From: an uncultured Actinomycetota bacterium
GTDB lineage: Bacteria; Actinomycetota; Actinomycetes; Propionibacteriales; Nocardioidaceae
DNA: 64,000 nt
Reading direction: 5' to 3'
NCBI GenBank assembly: GCA_963695055.1
Contig: CAVOFS010000008.1
Coordinates: 50,236-114,235, forward strand
Under the pieces are notes generated by a model. The model did no database searches. It saw only the letters and a list, made by a program, of their open reading frames with translations, and was not told the DNA's origin. The translations under genes were made by a program, and so were the position numbers. Positions 21,295 to 30,893 of the stretch are shown here, in pieces (positions within the stretch are counted from its first letter, which is position 1; the number at the start of each line of letters is the position of its first letter).

Positions 21295-22997
21295 ATGGAC
21301 AGGTTGGCTCCGACGAAGGCACCCGGTCTGTTCTCGAGCCTGCGGAACCGGGACTTCAGCCTGTTCATCGGCGCCTTCACGACGTCCGCGATCGGCAGCT
21401 GGGCCTACAACGTCGCGCTCGCGGTGTGGCTGATCGAGGAGACCGGCTCCCCCAGCTGGATCGCAGCCGCGACGGTCTGCCGGTTCGTCCCGGCCCTGGT
21501 GTTCTCGGCGTACGGCGGCGTGATCGCCGAGCGTTTCGAGCAGGTCCGCGTGATGTGGGTGATCGACCTGGTCTGCGCCGCGGCGATGGCCGCGATGGCC
21601 GCGTCGATGGCTGCTGTCGGGGCCACCGGCGCTCGTGCTCGTGTTCGCAGCCCTGGCCTCGACGGCCGGCACGGCGTACGAGCCGGCTTCCGCTGCGCTG
21701 ACCCCGCGGCTGGTGCCCGAGCGCGAGCTCGGCTCGGCGAACGCGCTGCGCAACACCATCGACAACGTGGCCGTCGTCGCCGGGCCCGGGCTCGGAGCGG
21801 TGCTGCTGGTCGTCGCCGAACCCTGGGTGGCCGTCCTGGCGAACACCGGGTCGTTCGTGCTCTCCGCGATCCTGGTCAGCTCGATCCGCACCCGCAGCGA
21901 CACCGGTCGACGTCACCGAGGGCGGCCAGGCCGGTCCTCTCCAGCAGATGCTGGTGGGCATCCGTGCGATCGGCACGTCGTCGACGGCAGCGACCCTGGT
22001 GACCTTCTGCCTGGTCGTCACGATGGTCTACGGCACCGACACCGTCCTGTTCGTGATCCTCTCCGAGGACGTGCTCGGCACCGGCGCCGAGGGCTACGGC
22101 TACCTGCTCGCCGGGCTCGGCGTCGGTGGCGTCGCCGCGGCGGGCGTGGTGACCCGGCTGGAGCGGCGGCCACGCCTCGGGCCGGTCATTCTCCTCGGGG
22201 TGGCCGCCTACTGCCTGCCGACGCTGGCGTTCCTCGTCATCGACCAGCCGGTCGTCGGCTTCGTGCTCCAGTGCATCCGCGGCGCCGGGACCCTGGTGGT
22301 CGACGTGCTCGCGATCACCGCACTGCAACGCACCCTGCCGACCGAGCTCCTCGGCCGGGTCTTCGGCGCCTTCAACGCCCTGTGCCTCCTGGCGATCCTC
22401 ATCGGCTCCACCCTGATGCCGATCGGCATCCACGTCTTCGGCCTGGACGGGGTGCTGTGGATCGTCGGTCTGGGGATCCCGCTCGCCTGCCTGGCCGGCC
22501 TGCCGTGGCTCAACCGGATGGACCAGCAGTCGCAGGCGCGGCGCGCCGAGCTCGAGCCGGTGCTCCGGCTGCTGGAGGGATGCGACGTGTTCGCCTCGAC
22601 CAGCAACGGCGCGCTCGACGAGCTGGCCGGCGCGGCCGAGCTGATCGACGTACCCGCGGGCACGGTGATGATCCGGATGGGTGTCGAGGCGGACCACTTC
22701 TACATCGTGGAGTCCGGCACGTTCACAGCGACCAGCGGCGACACGTTGCTCTCCACGATGAGCGATGGCGACCACTTCGGCGAGCTCGGCCTGATCGAGC
22801 GGGTCCCGCGGACCGCGACCGTCACCGCGACGACAGCTGGCCGGCTGCTGCGCGTCGACGGTGCGGCCTTCCTGACCGCGCTCACCGAGGCCGCGCCGAC
22901 CACGGCGTTCGTCGACGGTGCCCGGGTCCGGCTCGCGCGCACGAATCCCGCGGCGACGCTCTCGCGTCCATGGGCGGGCGATCCGATGGTTGACTGA
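21295..22997 (+). CDS. MFS transporter (MFS_3/macrolide-efflux-like) with C-terminal cNMP-binding domain; two frameshifts
   Basis: SLRNRDF, multiple TM helices, LLGRVFG, then FYIVESG...GDHFGELGL...PRTATV. Confidence 0.88.
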
Positions 22998-23002
22998 CCA
23001 CC

Positions 23003-23659
23003 ATGGAGTGGCCGCTGCTCGCCTCACTCGACGAGGACGAACGCCGACGGGTCCTGGCGAAGACGCGCCGGCGCAGCTTCGAACGCGGTGAGACGGTCGT
23101 GCAGGAGGGTGATCCGTCCGACAGCCTGCACCTGGTCGCCGCTGGACGGCTCGCGGTCCGGGTCTCGACCAGCGACGGTGAGAACGTCACGATCAACCTG
23201 CTGGGACCTGGCGACTACTTCGGCGAGCTCTCACTGCTCGACGGTCAACCGCCGGTACGGTCCGCGACCATCGTCGCGCTGGAGAGGTCGCAGACCCTGG
23301 CCCTGTCGGCGACCGAGTTCCGAGCGCTCCGGGCCCGGCACCGGTCCGCCGACCAGCTGTTGCTGATGCTGATGGCCCGTCGTATCGAGGAGCTCTCTGC
23401 GCGACTGCTGGAGGCGACGTACGACGGACTCGACCGGCGCGTGCACCGCCGGCTCGCTGATCTCTCCGAGATGTACGGCGAGGCGCCTGGACCGGCGACC
23501 ATCCCACTCACCCAGGAGCACCTCGCCGAGCTGGTCGGTGGCACCCGGCCGAGCGTCAACCAGATCCTGCAGCGGCTCGCAGCCGAGGGCGTCCTCGAGC
23601 TGGGCCGCGGCCGGATCGTCGTCCTGGACCGCGACCGGCTCGAGGACGAGCTGGCCTGA
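23003..23659 (+). CDS. Crp/Fnr family transcriptional regulator
   Basis: GDYFGELSL...RSAT cNMP pocket; LTQEHLAELVGGTRPSVNQIL HTH. Confidence 0.93.
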   Translation: MEWPLLASLDEDERRRVLAKTRRRSFERGETVVQEGDPSDSLHLVAAGRLAVRVSTSDGENVTINLLGPGDYFGELSLLDGQPPVRSATIVALERSQTLALSATEFRALRARHRSADQLLLMLMARRIEELSARLLEATYDGLDRRVHRRLADLSEMYGEAPGPATIPLTQEHLAELVGGTRPSVNQILQRLAAEGVLELGRGRIVVLDRDRLEDELA

Positions 23660-23699
23660 GGTCAGGCTGTCGCGGCGGAGAGCGCCGTGCCGCTCCGGA

Positions 23700-24152
23700 T
23701 CACGAGCGCAACGGTCGTCCCTCGGCGTCCACGCTGTCGGTCGCCAGGATGATGATCCCGTCGATGAACGGCCAGAGGGCGCCGATCCCGCAGGTCAGGA
23801 CGGTCACCACGATCTGCCAGACGCCCATCTTGGTGTCACCGATGTAGAAGCGGCCGATGCCGAGCGGGATCAGGATCTGCAGCAGGCCCGCGACCAGCTT
23901 GGACTTGTCGGAGTAGGGGATGCCGGTCATCGGGTGCACGCCGTAGGGCGCGGCCGGGTTGGCGCCGTACGGCATCCCGCCCATGGGCGGCGGCGGGTAG
24001 CCGCTCGGCTGCTGGGAGTACGGCGGGGGCGGGGCCTGACCGTAGGGCGGCGGTGCGGGCTCGCCGTACGGCGGCGGCGCGGGCACGCCGTACGGCGGCG
24101 GTTGGTCCTCGGGCTGCTGCGGCTGGTCTGGCTGTTCAGGACCTTGGGTCAT
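23700..24152 (-). CDS. Pro-rich TM2 domain protein
   Basis: SDKSKLVAGLLQI..LGIGRFY.G. Confidence 0.88.
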   Translation of the reverse strand: MTQGPEQPDQPQQPEDQPPPYGVPAPPPYGEPAPPPYGQAPPPPYSQQPSGYPPPPMGGMPYGANPAAPYGVHPMTGIPYSDKSKLVAGLLQILIPLGIGRFYIGDTKMGVWQIVVTVLTCGIGALWPFIDGIIILATDSVDAEGRPLRS

Positions 24153-24191
24153 GGCCCCAGGGTAGGTCCTGGGACCGGCTGTCGGGTGCTC

Positions 24192-25418
24192 CTACGGCAA
24201 CAGGTCGCGGACCAGCGCGTCGGCGAGCAACCGGCCGCGCTGGGTCGGGACCAGTCGCTCCGCGTGCCGGGTCAGCAGTCCGTCGTCGATCAGCCGCGCG
24301 ACCGCGGCCCGACCGGTCGCGTCCAGGACACTGACCGGCAGTCCGTCATGCAGCCGCAGCTCGAGCAGTACCCGCTCGACACGGCGGCTCTCGACGTCGA
24401 GGACCTCACGGGCGTGGGCGGGGCTGCGGCCGGCGGCCAGCCGGTCGGCGTACGCAGCGGGGTGCTTGACGTTCCACCACCGCACGCCGCCGACGTGGGA
24501 GTGCGCGCCGGGGCCGACGCCCCACCAGTCACCGCCGGTCCAGTAGAGGAGGTTGTGCCGACAGCGGCTGCTCTCGTCCTTGGCCCAGTTGGAGACCTCG
24601 TACCAGCTCAGTCCCGCCGCGCCGAGCCGCTCGTCGACGAGGAGGTACTTGTCGGCGAGGTCGTCCTCGTCGGGCATCGGCAGCTCGCCGCGCTTGACCC
24701 GTCGGGCCAGTGCGGTGCCGTCCTCGACGATGAGGGAGTAGGCGGACACGTGGTCCGGCGCGCAGGCCAGAGCCGCCTCGACGCTGGTCTCCCAGTCGGC
24801 AAGGGACTCCCCCGGTGTGCCGTAGATGAGGTCGAGGCTGACCTGCTCGAACCCGGCCTGGCGCGCCCAGTCGACGACGGCCGGCACCCGCAGCGGGTCG
24901 TGCGTGCGGTCGAGGACCTTGAGCACGTGGTCGACGGCGGACTGCATCCCGAACGACAGCCGGTTGAACCCGGCTCCGCGCAGCTCCTCGAGGTCCCACA
25001 GCGCGACGGTGTCCGGGTTGGACTCGGTCGTGATCTCGACGTCGTCGGCCAGCCCGAACTCGGCGGCGATCGCGGCCACGACCGAGCCCAGGTCGCCCGG
25101 GCTCAGCAGGGTCGGCGTTCCGCCACCGAAGAAGATCGTCTGCACCGGCAGGTCCGCGTCGCCCAGCGCCGTGCGGGCCCGGCGTACCTCTGCGATCGCG
25201 GCTTCGGCGTACGTCGCGCGCGATGCGCCCGGCGCGCCGCCGGCCGGCCCGAGCTCCTCGGCGGTGTAGGTGTTGAAGTCGCAGTAGCCGCACCGCACCG
25301 TGCAGAACGGCACGTGCACGTAGAACCCGAAGGGCCGCTTGCCCAGCCCCGTCAGGGCGCTCGCAGGCAACGCCCCGTCGTCCGGGACCGGGTCACCAGC
25401 AGGCAGGGCGGACGGCAC
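24192..25418 (-). CDS. hemW: Radical SAM heme chaperone HemW
   Basis: YVHVPFCTVRCGYCDF, GGGTP, YEVSNW, HN..YW. Confidence 0.93.
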   Translation of the reverse strand: MPSALPAGDPVPDDGALPASALTGLGKRPFGFYVHVPFCTVRCGYCDFNTYTAEELGPAGGAPGASRATYAEAAIAEVRRARTALGDADLPVQTIFFGGGTPTLLSPGDLGSVVAAIAAEFGLADDVEITTESNPDTVALWDLEELRGAGFNRLSFGMQSAVDHVLKVLDRTHDPLRVPAVVDWARQAGFEQVSLDLIYGTPGESLADWETSVEAALACAPDHVSAYSLIVEDGTALARRVKRGELPMPDEDDLADKYLLVDERLGAAGLSWYEVSNWAKDESSRCRHNLLYWTGGDWWGVGPGAHSHVGGVRWWNVKHPAAYADRLAAGRSPAHAREVLDVESRRVERVLLELRLHDGLPVSVLDATGRAAVARLIDDGLLTRHAERLVPTQRGRLLADALVRDLLP

Positions 25419-25436
25419 CCACCCATCCTCCCATCC

Positions 25437-25551
25437 GCCGACCCGGCGCCAGTTTCCCGTCTGCCCCCGCCGAGTCGGCGCCAGTTTCCACGCAGGAGGG
25501 AAAGTAGCGCCGACTCGGCCACACCACGAGGGAAACTAGCGCCGGGTCGGC
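25437..25551. repeat. Nested inverted repeat (A-B-B'-A'), REP/BIME-like
   Basis: Four ~21-bp units: gccgacccggcgccagtttccc, gccgagtcggcgccagtttcc, ggaaagtagcgccgactcggc, gggaaactagcgccgggtcggc. Confidence 0.85.
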
Positions 25552-25875
25552 TCAGACGGGGATGTTGAGGGTGACCGTGTAGCCGTCGTCGACCGAGCCG
25601 GTCACGGAGGCCATCTGCAGCGAGTAGCCGTCGGAGAAGATGCCGTCGCTGTCCAGGCTGATCTGGGCCAGGTTGGCGACGCTCTGCTCGTAGCCCTCGA
25701 TGGCGAAGACGTCGTTGCAAAGCGCAGCGACGCCTGCCGCGCCGAAGACCCCCAACATCCCGCGCTGGCCGAGCCTCCGCTGACGCTCCACGATCCGGGG
25801 TAGATCGTGGGAGAGACCGAGGTCGTGGTCCTCGAGCTCGTCGTCGGAGTGGTGGCGTCCGGGTGCGGCGGTCAT
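25552..25875 (-). pseudogene. Internally deleted intradiol dioxygenase-like gene
   Basis: N-terminus (HDLGLSHDL...Tat-like leader) is joined directly to the family C-terminus (EGYEQSVANLAQISLDSDGIFSDG); the catalytic core is absent. Confidence 0.6.
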
Positions 25876-25939
25876 GGGTCCACCTCACCCGGCTCTGCTG
25901 TGCGTCCCCTGTGGGTGCGCAGTGTGCCGTCCTGGAATG

Positions 25940-28900
25940 TCACTGGAAGTCGCGAGAGCGGTGCCGGGCCTGCAGCGCCTGCCCGGCCTGGGGATAGACG
26001 TCCTCGATCGGCGCCAGCCGGTCGGCGAGCAGGTTGGTGACGCCGTCGTGGCGCTCGAGCATCCCGCGGATCACCATGCCGGCCGAGCCGGCAGCGACCT
26101 TGCGGTAGCGGCGCCACACCCCGACCGTGCAGATGACGTTGAGCATCCCGGTCTCGTCCTCGAGGTTGAGGAAGGTGACCCCGCCTGCGGTGCCGGGCCG
26201 CTGTCGGTGGGTGACCAGCCCCGCCACGTGCACCCGGCGTCCGGCCTCGGCGGACGCCGTGTCGGTGACCGCCATGATCCCGGAGCTGCGCAACAGGCCG
26301 CGCAGGTGCTCGAAGGGGTGCTGCTCCGGGGTGATCCCGGTGGCCCACAGGTCCGCCATGGTGATCTCGACGTCCTCCATGTCCGGCAGCATCGGCGCCG
26401 GGCCGGCGACCCGGATCCCCTCGAGCTGGTCGGTGCGCTCGGTCCACCCGGCGTTCCAGAGTGCCTGTCGCCGCGACAGCCCGGACCCCTCGAAGACTCC
26501 CGCGGTCGCCAGCGCCTCGAGCTGCCGCGCGTCGAGCCCGGCCCGCCGGGAGAGGTCGAGCTGGTCGGTGAACGGTCGCTCCGCACGCGCCGCCACGATC
26601 CTCTCGGCGACGGTCGCGCCGACGCCGCGTACGGAGTCGAGGCCGAGGCGTACGGCGTACGCCGTGTCGCGTCGGTGGGTCAGGGTCGGGTCGGGTGTGC
26701 CGGGCACCCAGTCGGTGCGCTTCCCGTCGACCAGGCAGGAGTCGAGGCCCGTGACGCGTCCCTCCCCCAACAGCTCGAGGTCGGCGGTCGCCGCTGAGAG
26801 CGCGAGGTCGGGCCGCAGCACCTCGACGCCATGCCGGCGGGCGTCGTGGACCAGCGACTGCGGCGAGTAGAAGCCCATCGGCTGCGCACGCAGCAGTGCC
26901 GCGAGGAACGCACCCGGGTAGTGGAGCTTGCACCACGAGCTCGCATAGACGAGCTTGGCGAAGGACAGCGCGTGGCTCTCGGCGAAGCCGAAGTTCGCGA
27001 AGGACAGGATCTGCAGGTAGATCGCGTCGGCCCGCGCGCCGGTGATGCCCTTGCGGGCCATCCCGGTCATCAGCTTCACCTTGATCGACTCGATCCGCTC
27101 GACCCCGCGCTTGGAGCCCATCGCCCGGCGCAGCAGGTCTGCCTCGTCGCGGTCGCAGTCGCCGAGCACCCGCGCCATCTCCATCAGCTGCTCCTGGAAG
27201 AGCGGCACCCCCTTGGTCCGTTCCAGAACCGGGACCAGTAGCGGGTGGGCGAACTGGATCTCCTCGCGACCGGTCGCGCGGCGTACGTAGGGGTGGACGG
27301 CGCCACCCTGGATCGGACCGGGCCGGATCAGCGCGATCTCGATCGCGAGGTCGTAGAACTCCCGTGGCTGGAGCCGGGGCAGGGTGCCGATCTGGGCGCG
27401 GCTCTCGACCTGGAAGACGCCGATCGAGTCGGCCCGGCAGAGCATGTCGTAGACGCCCGACTCCTCCTTGGGGATGGTGCTCAGCTCCCAGTGCTCGCCG
27501 AGGTGCTCCTCGACGATCCGCATCATGTGGTCGAGCGCGCTGAGCATCCCGAGGCCGAGCAGGTCGAACTTGACCAGCCCCATGAACTCGCAGGCGTCCT
27601 TGTCCCACTGCAGCACGGTGCGCTTGTCCATCCTGGCCCGCTCGATCGGCACCACCTCCCCGATCGGCCGCTCGGTGAGCACCATCCCGCCGGAGTGGAT
27701 GCCCAGGTGGCGCGGGGCGCCGAGGAAGCCGTTGGCGAGGTCGACGACCGCCGGGGGTACGCCGTGCTCGTCACCGTCGCGGGAGGCGACGGAGGTCCAG
27801 CTGGTGACCTGCTTGGACCAGGCGTCCTGCTGCCCGGGCGAGTGGCCGAGTGCCTTGGCGGCATCGCGAACCGCCATCTTCGGCCGGTAGCCGACGACGT
27901 TCGCGACCTGGGCGGCGTTGTGGCGGCCGTAGCGGTCATAGACCCACTGGATCACCTGCTCGCGCTTGCCTGCGTCGAAGTCGACGTCGATGTCGGGCTC
28001 CTCCTCGCGGTGCTGGGAGATGAACCGCTCGAAGGGCAGCTGGTAGTAGACAGGGTCGACCGCGGTGATCCCGAGCGCGAAGCAGACCGCCGAGCTGGCT
28101 GCCGATCCCCTGCCCTGGCAGAGGATTCCCTGCGATCTGGCGAACTCCACGATGTCGTGAACGATCACGAAATAGCCGTCGAAGTCCTTCTCGGCGATCA
28201 CCCGCAGCTCGTGCTCGACCCGCTTTCGTGCGGCCTCCTCGAGGTCGCCACCGGAGTACCGGAGGGCGAAGCCACGCTCGGTCAGCTCGCGCAGCCAGCC
28301 GGAGGGGGTGTAGCCCTCCGGGACGAACTTCGGCAGCCGGGGCGAGGCCTTCTGCAGGTCGAAGGACACCTCGTCGGCGAGCACGACGCTGCGCTGCACC
28401 GCGCCCGGGAAGCGCGTGAACCGGCGCGCCATCTCCGCCCCCGACCGCAGGCAGGCGGCACCGGTGGCGGGCAACCAGCCGTCCATGTCGGCCAGGCTGC
28501 GCCTGGCCCGGACCGCCGCCATCGCACCGGCGACCCGATGACCGGACGGCTGGGCGTAGTGGACGTTGTTGGTGGCGACCACCGGCAGACCGTGGTCGGC
28601 GGCCAGCGCGGCGAGCAGATCGTTGTGAGCGGTGTCGGTCGGGAAGCCGTGGTCGGTCAGCTCGACCACGACGTTGTCGTGGCCGAAGAGCGTGGTCAGC
28701 CGGTCGAGCTCGGCAGCGGCGTACGTCGGCCCGCCTGCGGCCAGCGCCTGACGGACGCCGCCCTTGCGGCAGCCGGTCAGCACCAGCCAGTGACCGTCGT
28801 GCCGGCCGCCGGACCGCTCGGCCAGCTCGGCCAGGTCGTAGACCGGTCGGCCCTTCTCGTCGCCGCGCAGCTGGGCGTCGGTGATCGCGGCGGCCAGCTG

Positions 28901-29356
28901 GTGGTAGCCCTCGACACCGCGGGCCAGCACCAGCAGGTGGCTGCCCTCGGGGTCGGCGACGCCGTTCTGCGCCTTGGTGAGACCGAGGGAGAGCTCCGCG
29001 CCGTAGACCGTGGCGAGACCCTGCCCGTCGGCCCGGTGCAGCTGCGCGGTCTCGGCGAAGAGGGGCGCGCCGTAGAACCCGTCGTGGTCGGTGATCGCGA
29101 GCGCGTGCAGGCCGAGCCGGATCGCCTCCAGCACCAGGTGGTCGGGGCCGCTGGCACCGTCGAGGAAGCTGAAGTTGGAGTGGCAGTGCAGCTCGGCGTA
29201 CGGCGTGACCGGTCCGTCGGGACGGTCGATCTCGACTCGGGTGCGCTTGCGCTTGCGGGTCGAGATCGGCGCCTCGGGGTCCTGCGGGGTGGTGGTCCGC
29301 CCGGACAGCCGCTTCTCGAGCTCGCCCCAGGTGATCTCGGGGTTGGACCAGCCCAT
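25940..29356 (-). CDS. dnaE2: Error-prone DNA polymerase DnaE2
   Basis: YAELHCHSNFSFLDGAS, GRGSAA, PDIDVD, HSGG, C-terminal SRDF. Confidence 0.97.
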   Translation of the reverse strand: MGWSNPEITWGELEKRLSGRTTTPQDPEAPISTRKRKRTRVEIDRPDGPVTPYAELHCHSNFSFLDGASGPDHLVLEAIRLGLHALAITDHDGFYGAPLFAETAQLHRADGQGLATVYGAELSLGLTKAQNGVADPEGSHLLVLARGVEGYHQLAAAITDAQLRGDEKGRPVYDLAELAERSGGRHDGHWLVLTGCRKGGVRQALAAGGPTYAAAELDRLTTLFGHDNVVVELTDHGFPTDTAHNDLLAALAADHGLPVVATNNVHYAQPSGHRVAGAMAAVRARRSLADMDGWLPATGAACLRSGAEMARRFTRFPGAVQRSVVLADEVSFDLQKASPRLPKFVPEGYTPSGWLRELTERGFALRYSGGDLEEAARKRVEHELRVIAEKDFDGYFVIVHDIVEFARSQGILCQGRGSAASSAVCFALGITAVDPVYYQLPFERFISQHREEEPDIDVDFDAGKREQVIQWVYDRYGRHNAAQVANVVGYRPKMAVRDAAKALGHSPGQQDAWSKQVTSWTSVASRDGDEHGVPPAVVDLANGFLGAPRHLGIHSGGMVLTERPIGEVVPIERARMDKRTVLQWDKDACEFMGLVKFDLLGLGMLSALDHMMRIVEEHLGEHWELSTIPKEESGVYDMLCRADSIGVFQVESRAQIGTLPRLQPREFYDLAIEIALIRPGPIQGGAVHPYVRRATGREEIQFAHPLLVPVLERTKGVPLFQEQLMEMARVLGDCDRDEADLLRRAMGSKRGVERIESIKVKLMTGMARKGITGARADAIYLQILSFANFGFAESHALSFAKLVYASSWCKLHYPGAFLAALLRAQPMGFYSPQSLVHDARRHGVEVLRPDLALSAATADLELLGEGRVTGLDSCLVDGKRTDWVPGTPDPTLTHRRDTAYAVRLGLDSVRGVGATVAERIVAARAERPFTDQLDLSRRAGLDARQLEALATAGVFEGSGLSRRQALWNAGWTERTDQLEGIRVAGPAPMLPDMEDVEITMADLWATGITPEQHPFEHLRGLLRSSGIMAVTDTASAEAGRRVHVAGLVTHRQRPGTAGGVTFLNLEDETGMLNVICTVGVWRRYRKVAAGSAGMVIRGMLERHDGVTNLLADRLAPIEDVYPQAGQALQARHRSRDFQ

Positions 29357-29369
29357 CAGTCGTGGCCCA

Positions 29370-30893
29370 TCAGTCGTACACAGCCTCGGTGAACCAGACG
29401 CCGTCGTCCCAGGTCATCAACCAGGCGCGGCCGTCGACACCGACGACCTGGAAGCGGGCGACCCTCCGCGGGACGGTCTCCCACCACAGCTCCTCCACCG
29501 GCCACGGCCCGGCCCAGGCGGCGACCGGCTGCCAGCTGCCCTGCGGCTCCGGTCGGAACCGCTGCAGCTCGCCGCTGACCGCGCCACGCTCGTCGACCCC
29601 GACCGGGCGACCGCCCACGCCGACGACCTCGGCCGGCCACGGACTGCTCAGCACCCGCGCCGGCGCAGGCGGGGGGATGTGGCCCGGCCAGGGTGAACCG
29701 GTGGGTCGCAAGCCGGTCGGGCGCTCGCCCCACGGCACCAGCGCCTGCCGGTCGGCGGGTGCGCGGCCGCCCTGCAGCAGCGGCCGGACGACGGCCTCAT
29801 GACCGAGCATCCCCTGCACCCGGGCGATGCCGCGCTCGACGCGTTCGTCGGTGCCACCCCAGAGCGGGTCGGCGTGGACCGCGTCGGGGACGACTGTCAC
29901 CGGCTCGAAGATCACCCGGTCGACCGGTGCCCGGACCTCCCCCGCCCGGAAGCCTCCTTGGAGCTGCCAGTGCAGCCGGTCGACCAGGTCTGCGGCGGTG
30001 AACCACCGCGGGTGCAGCCAGGTCCGCGAGGACGCGGGCTCGCTCGAGCCCTCGCAACGCGCCTCGACCAGCACCTCGGTGCAGACCAGTCCGAGCCGGG
30101 CCAGCTGGTCGACGACCCGGTCTGCGGTCTGTCGGACGCTGAAGCTGATCGTCTCGGCGTTGTCGAGCGGCGGCTCGAAGTCGATGTGGCAGGTCAGGTC
30201 GGGCGGTGCGGTGCGGGTCGCGAGCAGGACGGCGCCGTCACCCCCGACCACCCGGTGGATCCAGGCGATGTCGCGGCCGAACCGGTCGCGTACGTCGGCC
30301 GCCGACAGGTCGCCCAGGTCGCCGAGGGTGCGCAGCCCGAGCCGCTTGAGCAGGCTCACGACGTCACCCTCGAGCACCTCCACCGGCAGCTGCCGCAAGA
30401 ACGGCACCGACTCCCCTGGCTCGACCACGAAGCAGTCCTGCGCCGTCGCCCGCCGGGCGGCCTGCTCGGCGGTGAACAGCTCGTCGGCCATGCCGATCCG
30501 GCAGTCCCAGACGCCCAGCCCGACCAGCCGCTCGGCGAGCAGCGCTGCCCCGGCCGGCTCACCGCCGTGGAAGCGACCTGGCGCGCGCAGCGCCACCAGC
30601 CCGGGCCGCAGCGGCGACACCCCTGGTCGCAGCTCCTCGACCGCGGCCAGCACGGGTTCGAAGGCCCGGGCGTCGCGGTCGGGACTCGTGGGGTGCACCT
30701 CCAGCTCGGGACAGCGCCCCTGGGCGTCGCGGCGGCGCATCCCCCGGCGTACGCCGAAGGAGCGCGCGCCGGCGTTGCAGGCCTGCACGATGTTGGCGCT
30801 GAAGACCGCCGCCGGCAGGTGCGTGGGCAGGCCGGCGTCGGCCAACGCGGCCACCACCGGCCAGTCGGGGCACCAGACGACCATCACTCTCAT
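29370..30893 (-). CDS. imuB: ImuB (Y-family polymerase-like)
   Basis: VWCPDWPV, GVRRGMRRRDAQ, WAGPWPVEELWW...EAVYD. Confidence 0.92.
   Translation of the reverse strand: MRVMVVWCPDWPVVAALADAGLPTHLPAAVFSANIVQACNAGARSFGVRRGMRRRDAQGRCPELEVHPTSPDRDARAFEPVLAAVEELRPGVSPLRPGLVALRAPGRFHGGEPAGAALLAERLVGLGVWDCRIGMADELFTAEQAARRATAQDCFVVEPGESVPFLRQLPVEVLEGDVVSLLKRLGLRTLGDLGDLSAADVRDRFGRDIAWIHRVVGGDGAVLLATRTAPPDLTCHIDFEPPLDNAETISFSVRQTADRVVDQLARLGLVCTEVLVEARCEGSSEPASSRTWLHPRWFTAADLVDRLHWQLQGGFRAGEVRAPVDRVIFEPVTVVPDAVHADPLWGGTDERVERGIARVQGMLGHEAVVRPLLQGGRAPADRQALVPWGERPTGLRPTGSPWPGHIPPPAPARVLSSPWPAEVVGVGGRPVGVDERGAVSGELQRFRPEPQGSWQPVAAWAGPWPVEELWWETVPRRVARFQVVGVDGRAWLMTWDDGVWFTEAVYD

Noticed and set aside
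25437-25551. Mini-CRISPR array
   Set aside because: Units are inverted, spacers are about 10 bp, and there are no cas genes.
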